From Cyanobacteria bacterium P01_A01_bin.123 (GTDB taxonomy: Bacteria; Cyanobacteriota; Cyanobacteriia; Phormidesmidales; Phormidesmidaceae), in NCBI GenBank assembly GCA_039815185.1, contig JBCBZT010000002.1, positions 64,001-128,000 of the forward strand: a stretch of 64,000 nucleotides of DNA, written 5' to 3'. The position numbers were made by a program, and so were the translations under genes. Below, one piece after another: positions 38,748 through 48,430 of the stretch; within the stretch, counting starts at the first letter, position 1, and every line of letters starts with the position of its first letter. The notes beneath the pieces are model-generated. The model saw only the letters and a program-made list of their open reading frames with translations, was not told the origin of the DNA and ran no database searches.

Positions 38748-39625
38748 GGAACCATTGATAGGCCCAAGGGTTTCAAGGCTTGATGGTAGACATACTCTCG
38801 GGTTGCTTGATGTTTGGGGGTTACAAATATATCAGGTACCGCACCAAATTCGTGTAATCGTCCCACCCCGTTGCCGGATGAGGTGTCAAGGTTAAAAAAG
38901 GCAACCCAGTCTGCCACCGTGGCGATCTGCCTTAAATCATGGCTAACGATGATGATGGTGTAATGCTGTTTCATCTGATTCAGCAGGTGATTGATCCGAT
39001 TGGTTGAAAGCGGGTCGAGGGCTGAGCAGGGTTCGTCCATCAGCAAAATATTGGATCCTAAGGCGATTGCACGGGCAATGCACAGACGCTGCTGCTGCCC
39101 TCCAGAGAGCGCCAGGGCACTGCGGCGGAGTTGGTCTTTGACTTCGTGCCACAACCCAACCTGTTGTAAGGCCCATTCCACTTGCGCATCAATTGCTTTC
39201 GTGTAGCCATTGATACGTAATCCTAGGGCGATGTTTTCGTAGATGGATTTAGGGAAGGGGTTAGGGCGTTGGAACACCATGCCGACGCGACGTCGCAAGG
39301 CAACCTCTGGAATATGTGAAATCGGGCATCCCGCTAGGTTGATATTGCCTGTTACCTGGATGCCTGGAATCAGGTCACTGATCCGATTGAAGCAACGCAG
39401 TAGGCTGGTTTTTCCACACCCCGATGGCCCAATAAAGCCCGTGATCCCGTGGTGGTAAATCGGTACCGTTACGTTTTGGAGTGCAGGCACCCCGTGATAG
39501 TTAATCGAGAGACGATTCACCTCAAGGATTGCCGTTGGATGGGTTATGGCTGATGGCTGAGCTGTCTCTGGCGCTTTTTCGGGGTCTTGAGTCATGGAAC
39601 GAACAGCGAAAGGCAAACAATACAA
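38744..39625 (-). CDS. pstB: Phosphate ABC transporter ATP-binding protein
   Basis: GPSGCGKTS, VGMVFQRPNPFPKSIYEN, LSGGQQQRLCIARA and MDEPCSALDP. Confidence 0.9.
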   Translation of the reverse strand: MYCLPFAVRSMTQDPEKAPETAQPSAITHPTAILEVNRLSINYHGVPALQNVTVPIYHHGITGFIGPSGCGKTSLLRCFNRISDLIPGIQVTGNINLAGCPISHIPEVALRRRVGMVFQRPNPFPKSIYENIALGLRINGYTKAIDAQVEWALQQVGLWHEVKDQLRRSALALSGGQQQRLCIARAIALGSNILLMDEPCSALDPLSTNRINHLLNQMKQHYTIIIVSHDLRQIATVADWVAFFNLDTSSGNGVGRLHEFGAVPDIFVTPKHQATREYVYHQALKPLGLSMVP

Positions 39626-39636
39626 ATAGGCAGGAG

Positions 39637-41643
39637 CTAGTCAGAGGCGGTTGAATTAGCACTGCGATCGCGTAACCAAACCGATATGCCGGTCAGTATT
39701 AGCACTAAGCCTCCCAGTATGATCACAGCAGCGCTGGCATTGGCTTGAAATTCAGCTTGAGGACGGGAGGCCCAATAGAAAATTTGCGTGGGTAAGGTGG
39801 TAAACGAACTTTGTAGTCCTCCCCAAGAGGGAGCGGGGGCAAAGGTGATAAAGGCTACTGCCCCTATTGCAATCAGGGGTGCAGCTTCGCCAACGACCCG
39901 TGCCAAAGCCATCAACATGCCCGTGATTAAATTAGGCAAGGCGGCGGGTAATATCACATGCCAAACGACTTGCCAACGGCTCATGCCCACAGAGTAGCCG
40001 GCTTGCTTGAGATGGGCTGGCACCCCATGGATAGCATTGCGAGCGGTCGTCATCATCAACGGTAGGGCAACAACGGCCATGGTTAACCCAGCAGATAGGA
40101 TACTAGCGCCCCCAGTAACGCCTCGCCAATCGCGGACAAACAGCGCCAAGCCCAACAAGCCATAAATAATTCCAGGAATGGCTGTGGCGTTGGCTAAATT
40201 AATTTCTAAGAGTCGGCTAAACCAGCTTTCGGGGACATATTCTTCGAGATAAAGGGCTGCACTGATACCAATAGGAAATGCGATCAGTGCCGTTAGGCCG
40301 AGCACCCAAAGCGTTCCCATCAAAGCTGGGAAAATGCCAGACTCTCCGGCGGTGCGAGCAGCCGCATGGGTGAGGAACCCCCAATCAAATACCAGAAACC
40401 CAGTGCGAAATGTGACTAACAGCAACAAGACAAAGATCACAATGCCCAATAGAGCGGCGGCGCAGCCGACCAGTGCCAAGCCTCGATTGAGCGCCATGCG
40501 CCAACCATAGCGAGACTGAAACGGGAGTGGACTGGATCGGGTTGCGATCGCCCGCTTGGACAGCACGGGCTCTTTGGGGTTAGCGCTGCCGACTTTCAAA
40601 CCAGGTGTTCCAATCCTTTCATAATCAACAGTGGCTCCATCAACAGTGGCTTCAGGAACGGTAACTTCAGCCGCAGGAATGCTGATATTCCCCAGTGCGA
40701 ACTTGTGGCGGCGAATCAACCCATAGCCAAAACTGTTGAGACTCAGCGTGATCAAAAACAACACCGCTCCGACAAAGAAAATAGTGTGGAAAATGGGTTC
40801 ATCCGCGTCAATATTGCCCAAACTCACCTGTACGATAAAGGTTGTTATGGTTTCTACTGGTTTGAGTGGATTCAGATTAAAGCCGGGATATTGCCCTGCG
40901 GCGATCGCGGCAATCATGGTTTCTCCTAAGGCTCGTGAAGCCGCTAAGGTAAATGAAGCCATAATTCCTGGTAAAGCCACGGGCAGCACTACCGTGATGA
41001 TCACTTCTTGCTTGGTCATGCCCATGGCATAGGCAGCTTGCCGTAGGGAACCGGGAACCCCTCGTAAGGCATCTTCACTCAAAGATGAAATGATGGGAGT
41101 AATTAAGACACCCGTCATTAACCCAGCACTGAGGGCATTAAACCCAGACATGTCTGGGATGAAGCTCTGCAACCGTGGCGTTACAAACAGCAGGGCAAAG
41201 TAGCCATAAACAATAGTGGGAATCCCAGCCAGTGCTTCTAACGCGGTTTTTAGCAGTTGTCGGGTCATTCCCCGGGCATAATCACTCAGATAAATTGCCG
41301 CCAGTACCCCCAGCGGAATGGCGACCGTCATGGCGATCGCCGTTACCAGTAAGGTGGCACTGACAATGACCCAAATCCCAAATTGTTGATTGGTAAAAAG
41401 TGGTGTCCACTGTCGATCGCTCAACAACTGTATCGGATTGACGGTTTGAAAAAACGCATAGGTTTCACTGACAAACACCCCTAAAATCGTCAGTAAAATC
41501 AGAACAGGAATCAGGGACGCTAACCCCAGCAGCCCCATCATGCATTGTTCCAACAGTAAATCTTGCCAACAGCGATCGCATTGATACCCACTAAGAGCCG
41601 CCTGGGAAGACAGTGGTGATCTGAGTTGTTTGGAAGAAGCCAT
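39637..41643 (-). CDS. Fused phosphate ABC permease PstC-PstA
   Basis: Two permease modules in one frame: LAGIPTIVYG...SRALGETM (PstC-like) and IPGIIYGLLG...ARVVGEAAPL (PstA-like). Confidence 0.85.
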   Translation of the reverse strand: MASSKQLRSPLSSQAALSGYQCDRCWQDLLLEQCMMGLLGLASLIPVLILLTILGVFVSETYAFFQTVNPIQLLSDRQWTPLFTNQQFGIWVIVSATLLVTAIAMTVAIPLGVLAAIYLSDYARGMTRQLLKTALEALAGIPTIVYGYFALLFVTPRLQSFIPDMSGFNALSAGLMTGVLITPIISSLSEDALRGVPGSLRQAAYAMGMTKQEVIITVVLPVALPGIMASFTLAASRALGETMIAAIAAGQYPGFNLNPLKPVETITTFIVQVSLGNIDADEPIFHTIFFVGAVLFLITLSLNSFGYGLIRRHKFALGNISIPAAEVTVPEATVDGATVDYERIGTPGLKVGSANPKEPVLSKRAIATRSSPLPFQSRYGWRMALNRGLALVGCAAALLGIVIFVLLLLVTFRTGFLVFDWGFLTHAAARTAGESGIFPALMGTLWVLGLTALIAFPIGISAALYLEEYVPESWFSRLLEINLANATAIPGIIYGLLGLALFVRDWRGVTGGASILSAGLTMAVVALPLMMTTARNAIHGVPAHLKQAGYSVGMSRWQVVWHVILPAALPNLITGMLMALARVVGEAAPLIAIGAVAFITFAPAPSWGGLQSSFTTLPTQIFYWASRPQAEFQANASAAVIILGGLVLILTGISVWLRDRSANSTASD

Positions 41644-41807
41644 TACTAACCTAGCCTTGAACCACCCAGATGAAACTAGCGGAAATGGAGATGCACTGGT
41701 CAGTCAAGGAGCATTGTATTTGTGGTGGGTCACAGGGTTTAAACTGTCAAAAAAACGCATATTGGCGCTTGACAAAGCGTAGAGTGCAATTCGATGGCTT
41801 AAGAAAA

Positions 41808-43330
41808 TTAGCATTTCAACGTAAAGATAAGGTTATGATGAGCCATAATCTCTCTATTTTTCTTAGATTGGCGGCAATTAACCCAGGCATCATGCTGCTG
41901 AAACAAAGTGCGAATCACCCAGCGATCGAGATCAATCATCAGGTTGTAGCGTTCAGCCGTCGGGATAAAAGCAGCAGGGGATAACATTCGCCCCTGGGCA
42001 TCTTGCATGCGCAACAAAATTTCCAGATGGGGTTGGGGCATGGGGGGTAAGCCAATGGGCTGAATCGTTTGCCCATAAAGACGAAATAAATTCTGACTGA
42101 GCGCCTTATTTAACTGGGTCACTATTGAGGCACTAGCAGTGGGTGATTCGCCTTCTTCCATGGCGTCATAGCGACAAATCTGATTACGTCCCCGATGCTT
42201 AGCCCAGTAACAGGCCGTATCTGCCTGACGCAGCACTTCGGTGATCGAGACTTGGGTACTAATGGCTGTCAAGCCAATGCTGGCACCAATCGTAAACATT
42301 GTGTCTTGCCATTCAAAGCGAAAGCCGTGTATAGCTTGACAGATCTTTTGCGCGGCCATCTCCCCTTGTTCTGGAGTGCAGTTGGGCCATAGAATGCCAA
42401 ATTCATCCCCCCCTAATCGGGCCATGACATCGGACGGACGCGCGTGTTTTTCTAACAGATGACCAATCTGGCGTAACAACTCATCCCCAGCAAGATGGCC
42501 ACAGGTATCGTTAACGATTTTGAACCGATCTAGATCGAGATAACCCACCATGTGGTTTGGCTCTTGAGAATAGGCAGGTGTTTGCGTGATCAAGTTGGTG
42601 AGTCGAGCTTCAAATTCGGTACGGTTGATCAACCCCGTCAGGCCATCATGGTGGGCCTGCCAACGCAGCTGACGAGCCATTGTTTGCTCACGGCTAATAT
42701 CGCGAAATACCACGACCGTTCCTACCGCTTGCTCTGAACGGTTCAGGATAGGCGAAACGGTGTGGCTAATCGCAAAAGTCCGTCCATGGCGGGTCACTAG
42801 ACAACTGCTGATCGCACATGCTGGTTCTTCCTGAGCCGGGGGGGGCTGTTGTAATGGGGAGCGATTTCTGGGTGACTTCATCAATCAATCAAAAAATCCC
42901 ATGAAGGGGCTGCCCCTTGGCCTCATCAGTACGCCATCCAAGCAAGGCCTCAGCAACAGCATTGAGGGATTCAATACGGCCCTCCCATCTGTCGTGATAA
43001 CCCCATCCCCAATTGACTGTAGGGTGATTTGGGCGAGTTCTTTCTCCGTCGCCAGGGCTTGCTGACTCTGCCGCAGTGCTTGGGTTGTTAATTCTTGGAT
43101 TTGAGACTGGGCGAGGAGCAGATCGTGAACATCCAAAACCCCATATTCGGCTTCGGAATACTGCACGACGACGGGTTCGTAAACCAGCGCAGGCGATCGC
43201 TGCAAAGATCGCCGCGCCGCTGCCACAAGCGGCATATCAGCTGGGAACACCGGAGTATCCATCGCCATCATTTTCCACAGGACCGACAAGGGGCGATGGA
43301 GAAATCTTCCTAACTCAGTAAGTGGACGAC
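41808..43330 (-). pseudogene. Degraded PAS-GGDEF-EAL signalling gene
   Basis: PAS start (ITLQSIGDGVITTD), intact GGDEF, and an EAL domain (EILLRM) cut after DRWVIR. Frameshifts near 42983 and 42840, an in-frame TGA near 42890, and no clear 5' start. Confidence 0.8.
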
Positions 43331-43391
43331 ATCAGATGCTTCAAGCCCTACAAAAGTTAAAGGCACTCGTTTAGGATAAACCACCCGATGG

Positions 43392-43907
43392 TTAGTGCTG
43401 AAACCAGGCTGCCAGGGCCAAGGCTAAAGCATCAGCTGCATCGTCGGGTTTGGGCAATTGGGTGAGTTTCAGTTCTCGGGCCACGGCTGCTTGTACCGAT
43501 TGTTTGTCAGCGTTACCGTATCCGGTGAGAGCTTGCTTAACCTGGGCTGGGGTAAATTCGATAAACGACAACTGATATTGGGCCAGCACTAGCATAATGA
43601 CGCCCCGTGCCTGGGCCACCAAAATTGTGTTGCCCATCCGGTAGAAGAACAGTTTTTCAATGGAGACCCAATCGGGTTGCCACTGATCAATGAGGCTGTG
43701 CAAGTCATCATAGATGGTTTGCAAGCGATCGCCCACGGGTGTTTTAGCTGGAGTTTCAATCACCCCAAAGTCAAGAATCGTCACCGGATCTTGATCGGCG
43801 GCTTGCAGTTGGGGAGAATCTTGACACTCCAAGAGGCCGAAACCCAGGATTGCTAGCCCTGGGTCTAGCCCCAAAATACGCTTCGATTTCAACGCAGATT
43901 CTCCCAA
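43392..43907 (-). CDS. ruvC: Holliday junction resolvase
   Basis: [27 protein letters not shown] and PDDAADAL motifs. Confidence 0.95.
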   Translation of the reverse strand: MGESALKSKRILGLDPGLAILGFGLLECQDSPQLQAADQDPVTILDFGVIETPAKTPVGDRLQTIYDDLHSLIDQWQPDWVSIEKLFFYRMGNTILVAQARGVIMLVLAQYQLSFIEFTPAQVKQALTGYGNADKQSVQAAVARELKLTQLPKPDDAADALALALAAWFQH

Positions 43908-44800
43908 TACAGTATCCCAATCGCAATCAACAACAATATCCCTCCTACAATACCTGAGGCCCCCAAGTCTTCACCCAACAGCCACCATGCTAATCCCGTA
44001 GCCGTCAATGGCTCCAGCAGGGTCGCAATACTGGCAACAGTCGCAGGCGTATATTGCATTCCGCTGAAATAGAGCAAGTATGCGAGGGCGGTTGTGACAA
44101 TCCCCAGATATAACAAAGACAGCCAACTGGTGGGGGAATATTGCAGCACCAAGCCGTTAAGCCATGCGATGGGAAACAGGCAAACCACACCGGCTAGAAA
44201 CCCGAATGTCAGTGATTGGAGCGGATGGTTTCGTTTGGCTAGGGCTCGACTGCACAGGGTTACTGCTGCATACCCCAAGGCCGAGCTTAGTGCTAAAACG
44301 ACACCTACGACTGGGTGCGATCGCCCCATCACTTGTGCAGGCCGCAAATCAACCAATAATGCTGTTCCGCCAACAGCACATATGCCGGCTAAAAGCAGTC
44401 CAAGCGTCAATCGTTCACGCAGAATCAAGGCAGCAAGTAAGGCAACCCACACAGGAACCGTGCAAAGTGTAATTAGCGTAGCAGCCGCAACCCCGATGGC
44501 GCTAATGGATGCAAAATAGCAGACTTGGTAAAACGCGGTCATCATGCCAGTGAGCAACATGAGTCCTAAATCACGTTTGGCAATTTGAAAGGTCTGCCAG
44601 CCCAAAGTGCGCAGACAAGCCAGAAATAGCATCGGTACTGAAATTGCTAATCGAAAGAATCCAACAGAGAGAGGATTAGTCTCAGACAGCGTGTAGATAG
44701 TCTGAACAAATACCCCCACTGTTCCCCACAGAATTGCTGAACAGATCACCATCAGCAACCCAAAACGGGCGCCCCTTTGGGCGTTAGAACGAGTTTCCAT
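43889..44800 (-). CDS. DMT/EamA family transporter
   Basis: About 10 TM segments, [16 protein letters not shown] and ATLLEPLTA motifs. Confidence 0.9.
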   Translation of the reverse strand: METRSNAQRGARFGLLMVICSAILWGTVGVFVQTIYTLSETNPLSVGFFRLAISVPMLFLACLRTLGWQTFQIAKRDLGLMLLTGMMTAFYQVCYFASISAIGVAAATLITLCTVPVWVALLAALILRERLTLGLLLAGICAVGGTALLVDLRPAQVMGRSHPVVGVVLALSSALGYAAVTLCSRALAKRNHPLQSLTFGFLAGVVCLFPIAWLNGLVLQYSPTSWLSLLYLGIVTTALAYLLYFSGMQYTPATVASIATLLEPLTATGLAWWLLGEDLGASGIVGGILLLIAIGILYWENLR

Positions 44801-45032
44801 TAAAAAACCTACCCTGGGTTAGAACGTCAATCAACGGTCTTTCGTGAGGGCAGGATAAATTCGCACAGAAACCGTCTCCACGTCTAGAAAAGACGGGAAC
44901 TCGTCAATGCAAGCTTAATCAGTTTTGAATCTCCTGCCCGATTAAACCTGGGTAGGGGGGGGTGAGACTGTGTAGAGAGCCAGATGGTAAGACATTTTGC
45001 AATCAACTCACGCAAATTCCACCTGAATTATA
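44801..45032 (-). promoter_or_regulatory. Structured leader (putative translational attenuator) with TATAAT -10 element
   Basis: -10 at 45032-45027. Three nested inverted repeats, the outermost pairing with the SD-like GGGTAGG of the EamA gene. Confidence 0.6.
44942..44995 (-). CDS. Putative leader peptide MSYHLALYTVSPPPTQV (17 aa)
   Basis: ATG TCT TAC CAT CTG GCT CTC TAC ACA GTC TCA CCC CCC CCT ACC CAG GTT TAA, just downstream of the -10 element. Confidence 0.55.
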   Translation of the reverse strand: MSYHLALYTVSPPPTQV

Positions 45033-45092
45033 GCGTTGGTGATCTAGCTAAAGCGGTATGGCAAATGCCACAATACCTTGTTCCCTAGTCAT

Positions 45093-45494
45093 TTAGGCTG
45101 AGCTATCCAGATCAATCAACAATTCGTCTTGCAGCCAATTGATGACTTGCTGGCGTTCTCCTGCGGTTAGATAAAACTGCCCGCTGATCCGCAGGCGATC
45201 GTTGAAGACGTCCATATCAGCTGGGGAAAATAAATCTACGGTTGCGCCGATATTGCAAAGGATGTCGTCGCGACCCGTTTGCTCAAGCTTGCCATGGCGA
45301 TAGCGGGCAATCTGCTTGCTCAGCCGCTCATAGGTATGCGCTTCGGCCTTTAAGCGATATTTACGCTCTTCTGGGATAAGCTCTCCATTGAGCAATTTTG
45401 CGTAATCCGTGTCCAGCATATTCAAATTAACAATTTTGGGTGCTTGACTCACGGGTATCGCGTCCTTATCTGGCACTGGGGTCGAATCTTTCAA
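45093..45494 (-). CDS. Hypothetical protein
   Basis: 133-aa ORF with a plausible globular composition. No family recognised. Confidence 0.6.
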   Translation of the reverse strand: MKDSTPVPDKDAIPVSQAPKIVNLNMLDTDYAKLLNGELIPEERKYRLKAEAHTYERLSKQIARYRHGKLEQTGRDDILCNIGATVDLFSPADMDVFNDRLRISGQFYLTAGERQQVINWLQDELLIDLDSSA

Positions 45495-45611
45495 CGGTCA
45501 CTCTGGTATCACGTTAACGCTTCCAGGATAGAAGCAAGCGTTGGAATCGCAGCTATCTATCAGCAATTTTTTAGCAACGGGCAGACAGTTTGGACGCTAA
45601 GGTCATCCAGC

Positions 45612-45716
45612 TATAGCGGTAGCTCCAAAGTTTTGGGCGCTACTGCGAGCCAGATTGCTTGTGTGTTCAGCATCCCAGCGAAACTCGGAGCATTAAGCAA
45701 TTTGGCCAGCGGGATA
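45612..45716 (-). mobile_element. 105-bp MITE-like dispersed repeat, copy 3 (inverted)
   Basis: The reverse complement matches copies 1 and 2 in length and sequence. Confidence 0.75.
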
Positions 45717-45758
45717 AAACAAAACCCAGCCTCATCGTTAACCGATAGCGCTGGGTTT
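45715..45758 (-). terminator. Intrinsic terminator of the lipoprotein gene
   Basis: AAACCCAGC/GCTGGGTTT stem followed by a T-rich tract on the minus strand. Confidence 0.6.
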
Positions 45759-45835
45759 GAGATTGAAAACTGTAGCATTGGGTGCCGGAAACGGCGTCTA
45801 CCCAAACGCGAGTCGATGACTTAACCCCGTCAAGC

Positions 45836-46426
45836 TTATTCAGGGGTTGATTCTGCACCAGATTCTGTACCAGATTCCGCAGGTGCTGTCGCACCGCAGT
45901 AGCTGTTGACTTCGGCAATAACCGTGGACTCAGTGACGGAGAGCTCTTCAATCTGGCTCACTGCAGCAACGGTTTTTTGTTGAGATTCTTCGATGCGGGT
46001 GGGCAGTTCTGCTTCTGATTCGACGTTAACGACAAGATCCATCGCACTGCTGGCTTCTTGGAGTGCACCGCTAAAGCCATTAACCACCTCAGCGTATTGA
46101 TCTCGAAATTGGATCAGGGTTTCATCAGAGAGGTCTGTTCCACTGAGGGTCGTGGACAGGCCTTCCAAATTACCCACTACCTTATCAACGGCTTCGGTGT
46201 ATTGGGTAGCGGCAGCCTTAATGTCATCTAGGGTTTCAACCGCCGCTGCATTATTGCTAAAGCTTTGAATTTCAGTTTCAAACTCTTGCATAAAGCCCTG
46301 GGTCTGGTTAACGACTTCGGCCAGGCGATTACATTGGGAAACCTTAGATTCACCACAGCCAGCCAGGGTTAGGGCGATCGCAGTGCCCGCCACAATTTTG
46401 AGTGAACGGGTGCGCAGCTTCAGCAT
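45836..46426 (-). CDS. Putative lipoprotein (helical)
   Basis: Basic N-terminus, hydrophobic stretch and lipobox LAGC. Contains SKVSQC...NSYC cysteines. Confidence 0.75.
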   Translation of the reverse strand: MLKLRTRSLKIVAGTAIALTLAGCGESKVSQCNRLAEVVNQTQGFMQEFETEIQSFSNNAAAVETLDDIKAAATQYTEAVDKVVGNLEGLSTTLSGTDLSDETLIQFRDQYAEVVNGFSGALQEASSAMDLVVNVESEAELPTRIEESQQKTVAAVSQIEELSVTESTVIAEVNSYCGATAPAESGTESGAESTPE

Positions 46427-46712
46427 GGATGTTCTCCTTATATCAAACACATAATAAGTTTAAAAGCTCTAGCGTCATAGTTGCCATTGAAGGCGTCCGA
46501 GCTATGATAACCCCACACTTTGGATATGGGGAAATTTCGCTAATCTCTATTGCACTTCACAGAAGCTTTAATCCGGAGTCTGGCGCTAAACGTTTTGGGT
46601 GACGTGATCAACCGTATCAGCTAGATTTCTAGATTCTGTCCCTGTTCTCAGGTCTGCGATCGCGTTATTCTGGATAATCTACTAAGTCAGTGCTGATCGT
46701 ATTTTTACCCCA

Positions 46713-47228
46713 ATGCCAACCCCTGAAGACTTTCTCAATGCAACCCAGTGGGCTGCTATTGCCACTGTAGGTCTGGCCTTGCTTACGGGCTTGGCATTTT
46801 TACTCAAGTGGGGCATTCGCTTTCGCTTAGTGGGGATCACAGGGTTTACAGGTGTCCTCACTGTCGGGTTACTGGGCTTGAGCTTTGAACCTTTTACCCG
46901 TACCCAAATTCCTGGCGCTGCGCCCTACGTCACGGTATATGACTCTGGCAGTGCCCAAATTGTCATTACAGTGCCTCAGACGATTACGTCATCGGCACTG
47001 GATGCCACCCTGCGCCAAGCTGCGAGTGATTTACTCAACACCAGTCGGTTGGGGTTGCCGGGGCAAATGCCGACGATTCGCGCCCGCACGATTGTTCATC
47101 AAGAGGGGGGCGTCTCTGACTTAGTTTATTTAGGACAGGTTCAACCCGCGCCTGATCAAGAAGCCGGGTTAGCGATCAGCATTGATCTGAATCGCTTAGC
47201 CGAGATCAATGCTGATGCATCCAGCTGA
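46713..47228 (+). CDS. ycf51: Ycf51 (DUF2518) family protein
   Basis: WGIRFRLVGITGFTGVLT, YDSG and ATLRQAASDL motifs. Confidence 0.85.
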   Translation: MPTPEDFLNATQWAAIATVGLALLTGLAFLLKWGIRFRLVGITGFTGVLTVGLLGLSFEPFTRTQIPGAAPYVTVYDSGSAQIVITVPQTITSSALDATLRQAASDLLNTSRLGLPGQMPTIRARTIVHQEGGVSDLVYLGQVQPAPDQEAGLAISIDLNRLAEINADASS

Positions 47229-47257
47229 TTCCTCCCCTGTTAATCATCTCGTTCACG

Positions 47258-48430
47258 TTGCTTATGAGTGTGTCTGAGCTGTCTACGCTAATGGTTGCCC
47301 CCGCTTGTGTGATCAAGGGGCATGGAAGCTTGATCCAAGCTGCTGACCGGATTGCCCAGATGGGTCAACGACCGTTGATGATCGGTGGCGATCGCACATT
47401 GACGCTGGCCCAGCCTTTTTTTCTAGACCCGGCTTGGTCTGAGCTTACCGTCGCCCCAGCAAGTTACGGCCCAGACTGTAGTGAAGCAACTTTAGCTCGG
47501 CTCAAAGACGCGATCGCCGCCCATCAAGCCGATCTAATTATCGGGATTGGTGGCGGCAAAGCCCTAGATACCGCCAAGCTGGTAGCCCATCAGCACCGCC
47601 TACCCGTGGTCACGATTCCTACTTCAGCTGCTACCTGTGCGGCTTGGACCGCGCTGTCCAACGTCTATTCTGATCAAGGGGCATTCCAGTATGACGTGGG
47701 CTTAAGCCACTGCCCCGACCTGCTGATTTTAGACTATGCCCTGATCGCTACGGCGCCAACGCGCACCCTAGTGGCTGGCATTGGGGATGCTTTAGCGAAG
47801 TGGTATGAAGCCTCCATCAGCAGCGGGCACTCAGACAAAAGCCTGATCATTGCAGCGGTGCAGCAGGCGCGAGTGTTGCGGGACATCTTGTTTCAAAAAT
47901 CCCAGGCTGCGATCGCGGCTCCTGGGGAAGCAGCCTGGTGTGAAGTGGTCGATGCTAGTGTGCTAATGGCAGGGGTCATTGGTGGTTTAGGCGGGGCCCA
48001 GTGTCGCACCGTCGCGGCTCACGCCATTCATAATGGCTTGACCCACTTGCTTGAAAGCCACGACACACTGCACGGCGAAAAAGTTGCTTTTGGAATTTTG
48101 GCCCAGCTGCGGCTTGAAGAAATGGGCCCCAATCCAACCCTAGCCGCTACAGCCCGCCATCAGTTGATTCAGTTTTATCGTCAAATCGGTTTGCCAACGA
48201 CCCTGGCTGATTTAGGCTTAAATGAGGTCACCCTGGCTGATTTACAGCGAGCTACTGAGATTGCCTGTCGAGACGGATCTGACATTCACCATCTGCCCTT
48301 CCCGGTCACCCCTGAACAGGTCATGGCTGCTATGGTCTCGACGACTGCCCCCCTTGCCGGCGGTGCTCGTCAGGTCTCACCGTTATCCTCAGCCGACAGT
48401 GCGATGCAGCGTCAGGAGAATCAGCTATGA
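47258..48430 (+). CDS. Iron-containing alcohol dehydrogenase, glycerol dehydrogenase-like
   Basis: GIGGGKALDTAK, PTSAATCA, GIGDALAKWYE, AHAIHNGLT and LHGEKVAFG motifs. Confidence 0.9.
   Translation: MLMSVSELSTLMVAPACVIKGHGSLIQAADRIAQMGQRPLMIGGDRTLTLAQPFFLDPAWSELTVAPASYGPDCSEATLARLKDAIAAHQADLIIGIGGGKALDTAKLVAHQHRLPVVTIPTSAATCAAWTALSNVYSDQGAFQYDVGLSHCPDLLILDYALIATAPTRTLVAGIGDALAKWYEASISSGHSDKSLIIAAVQQARVLRDILFQKSQAAIAAPGEAAWCEVVDASVLMAGVIGGLGGAQCRTVAAHAIHNGLTHLLESHDTLHGEKVAFGILAQLRLEEMGPNPTLAATARHQLIQFYRQIGLPTTLADLGLNEVTLADLQRATEIACRDGSDIHHLPFPVTPEQVMAAMVSTTAPLAGGARQVSPLSSADSAMQRQENQL

Noticed and set aside
41640..41800. Pho box upstream of pstCA
   Set aside because: Only weak, irregular TTAACC-like matches, with no convincing phased triple repeat on the coding strand.
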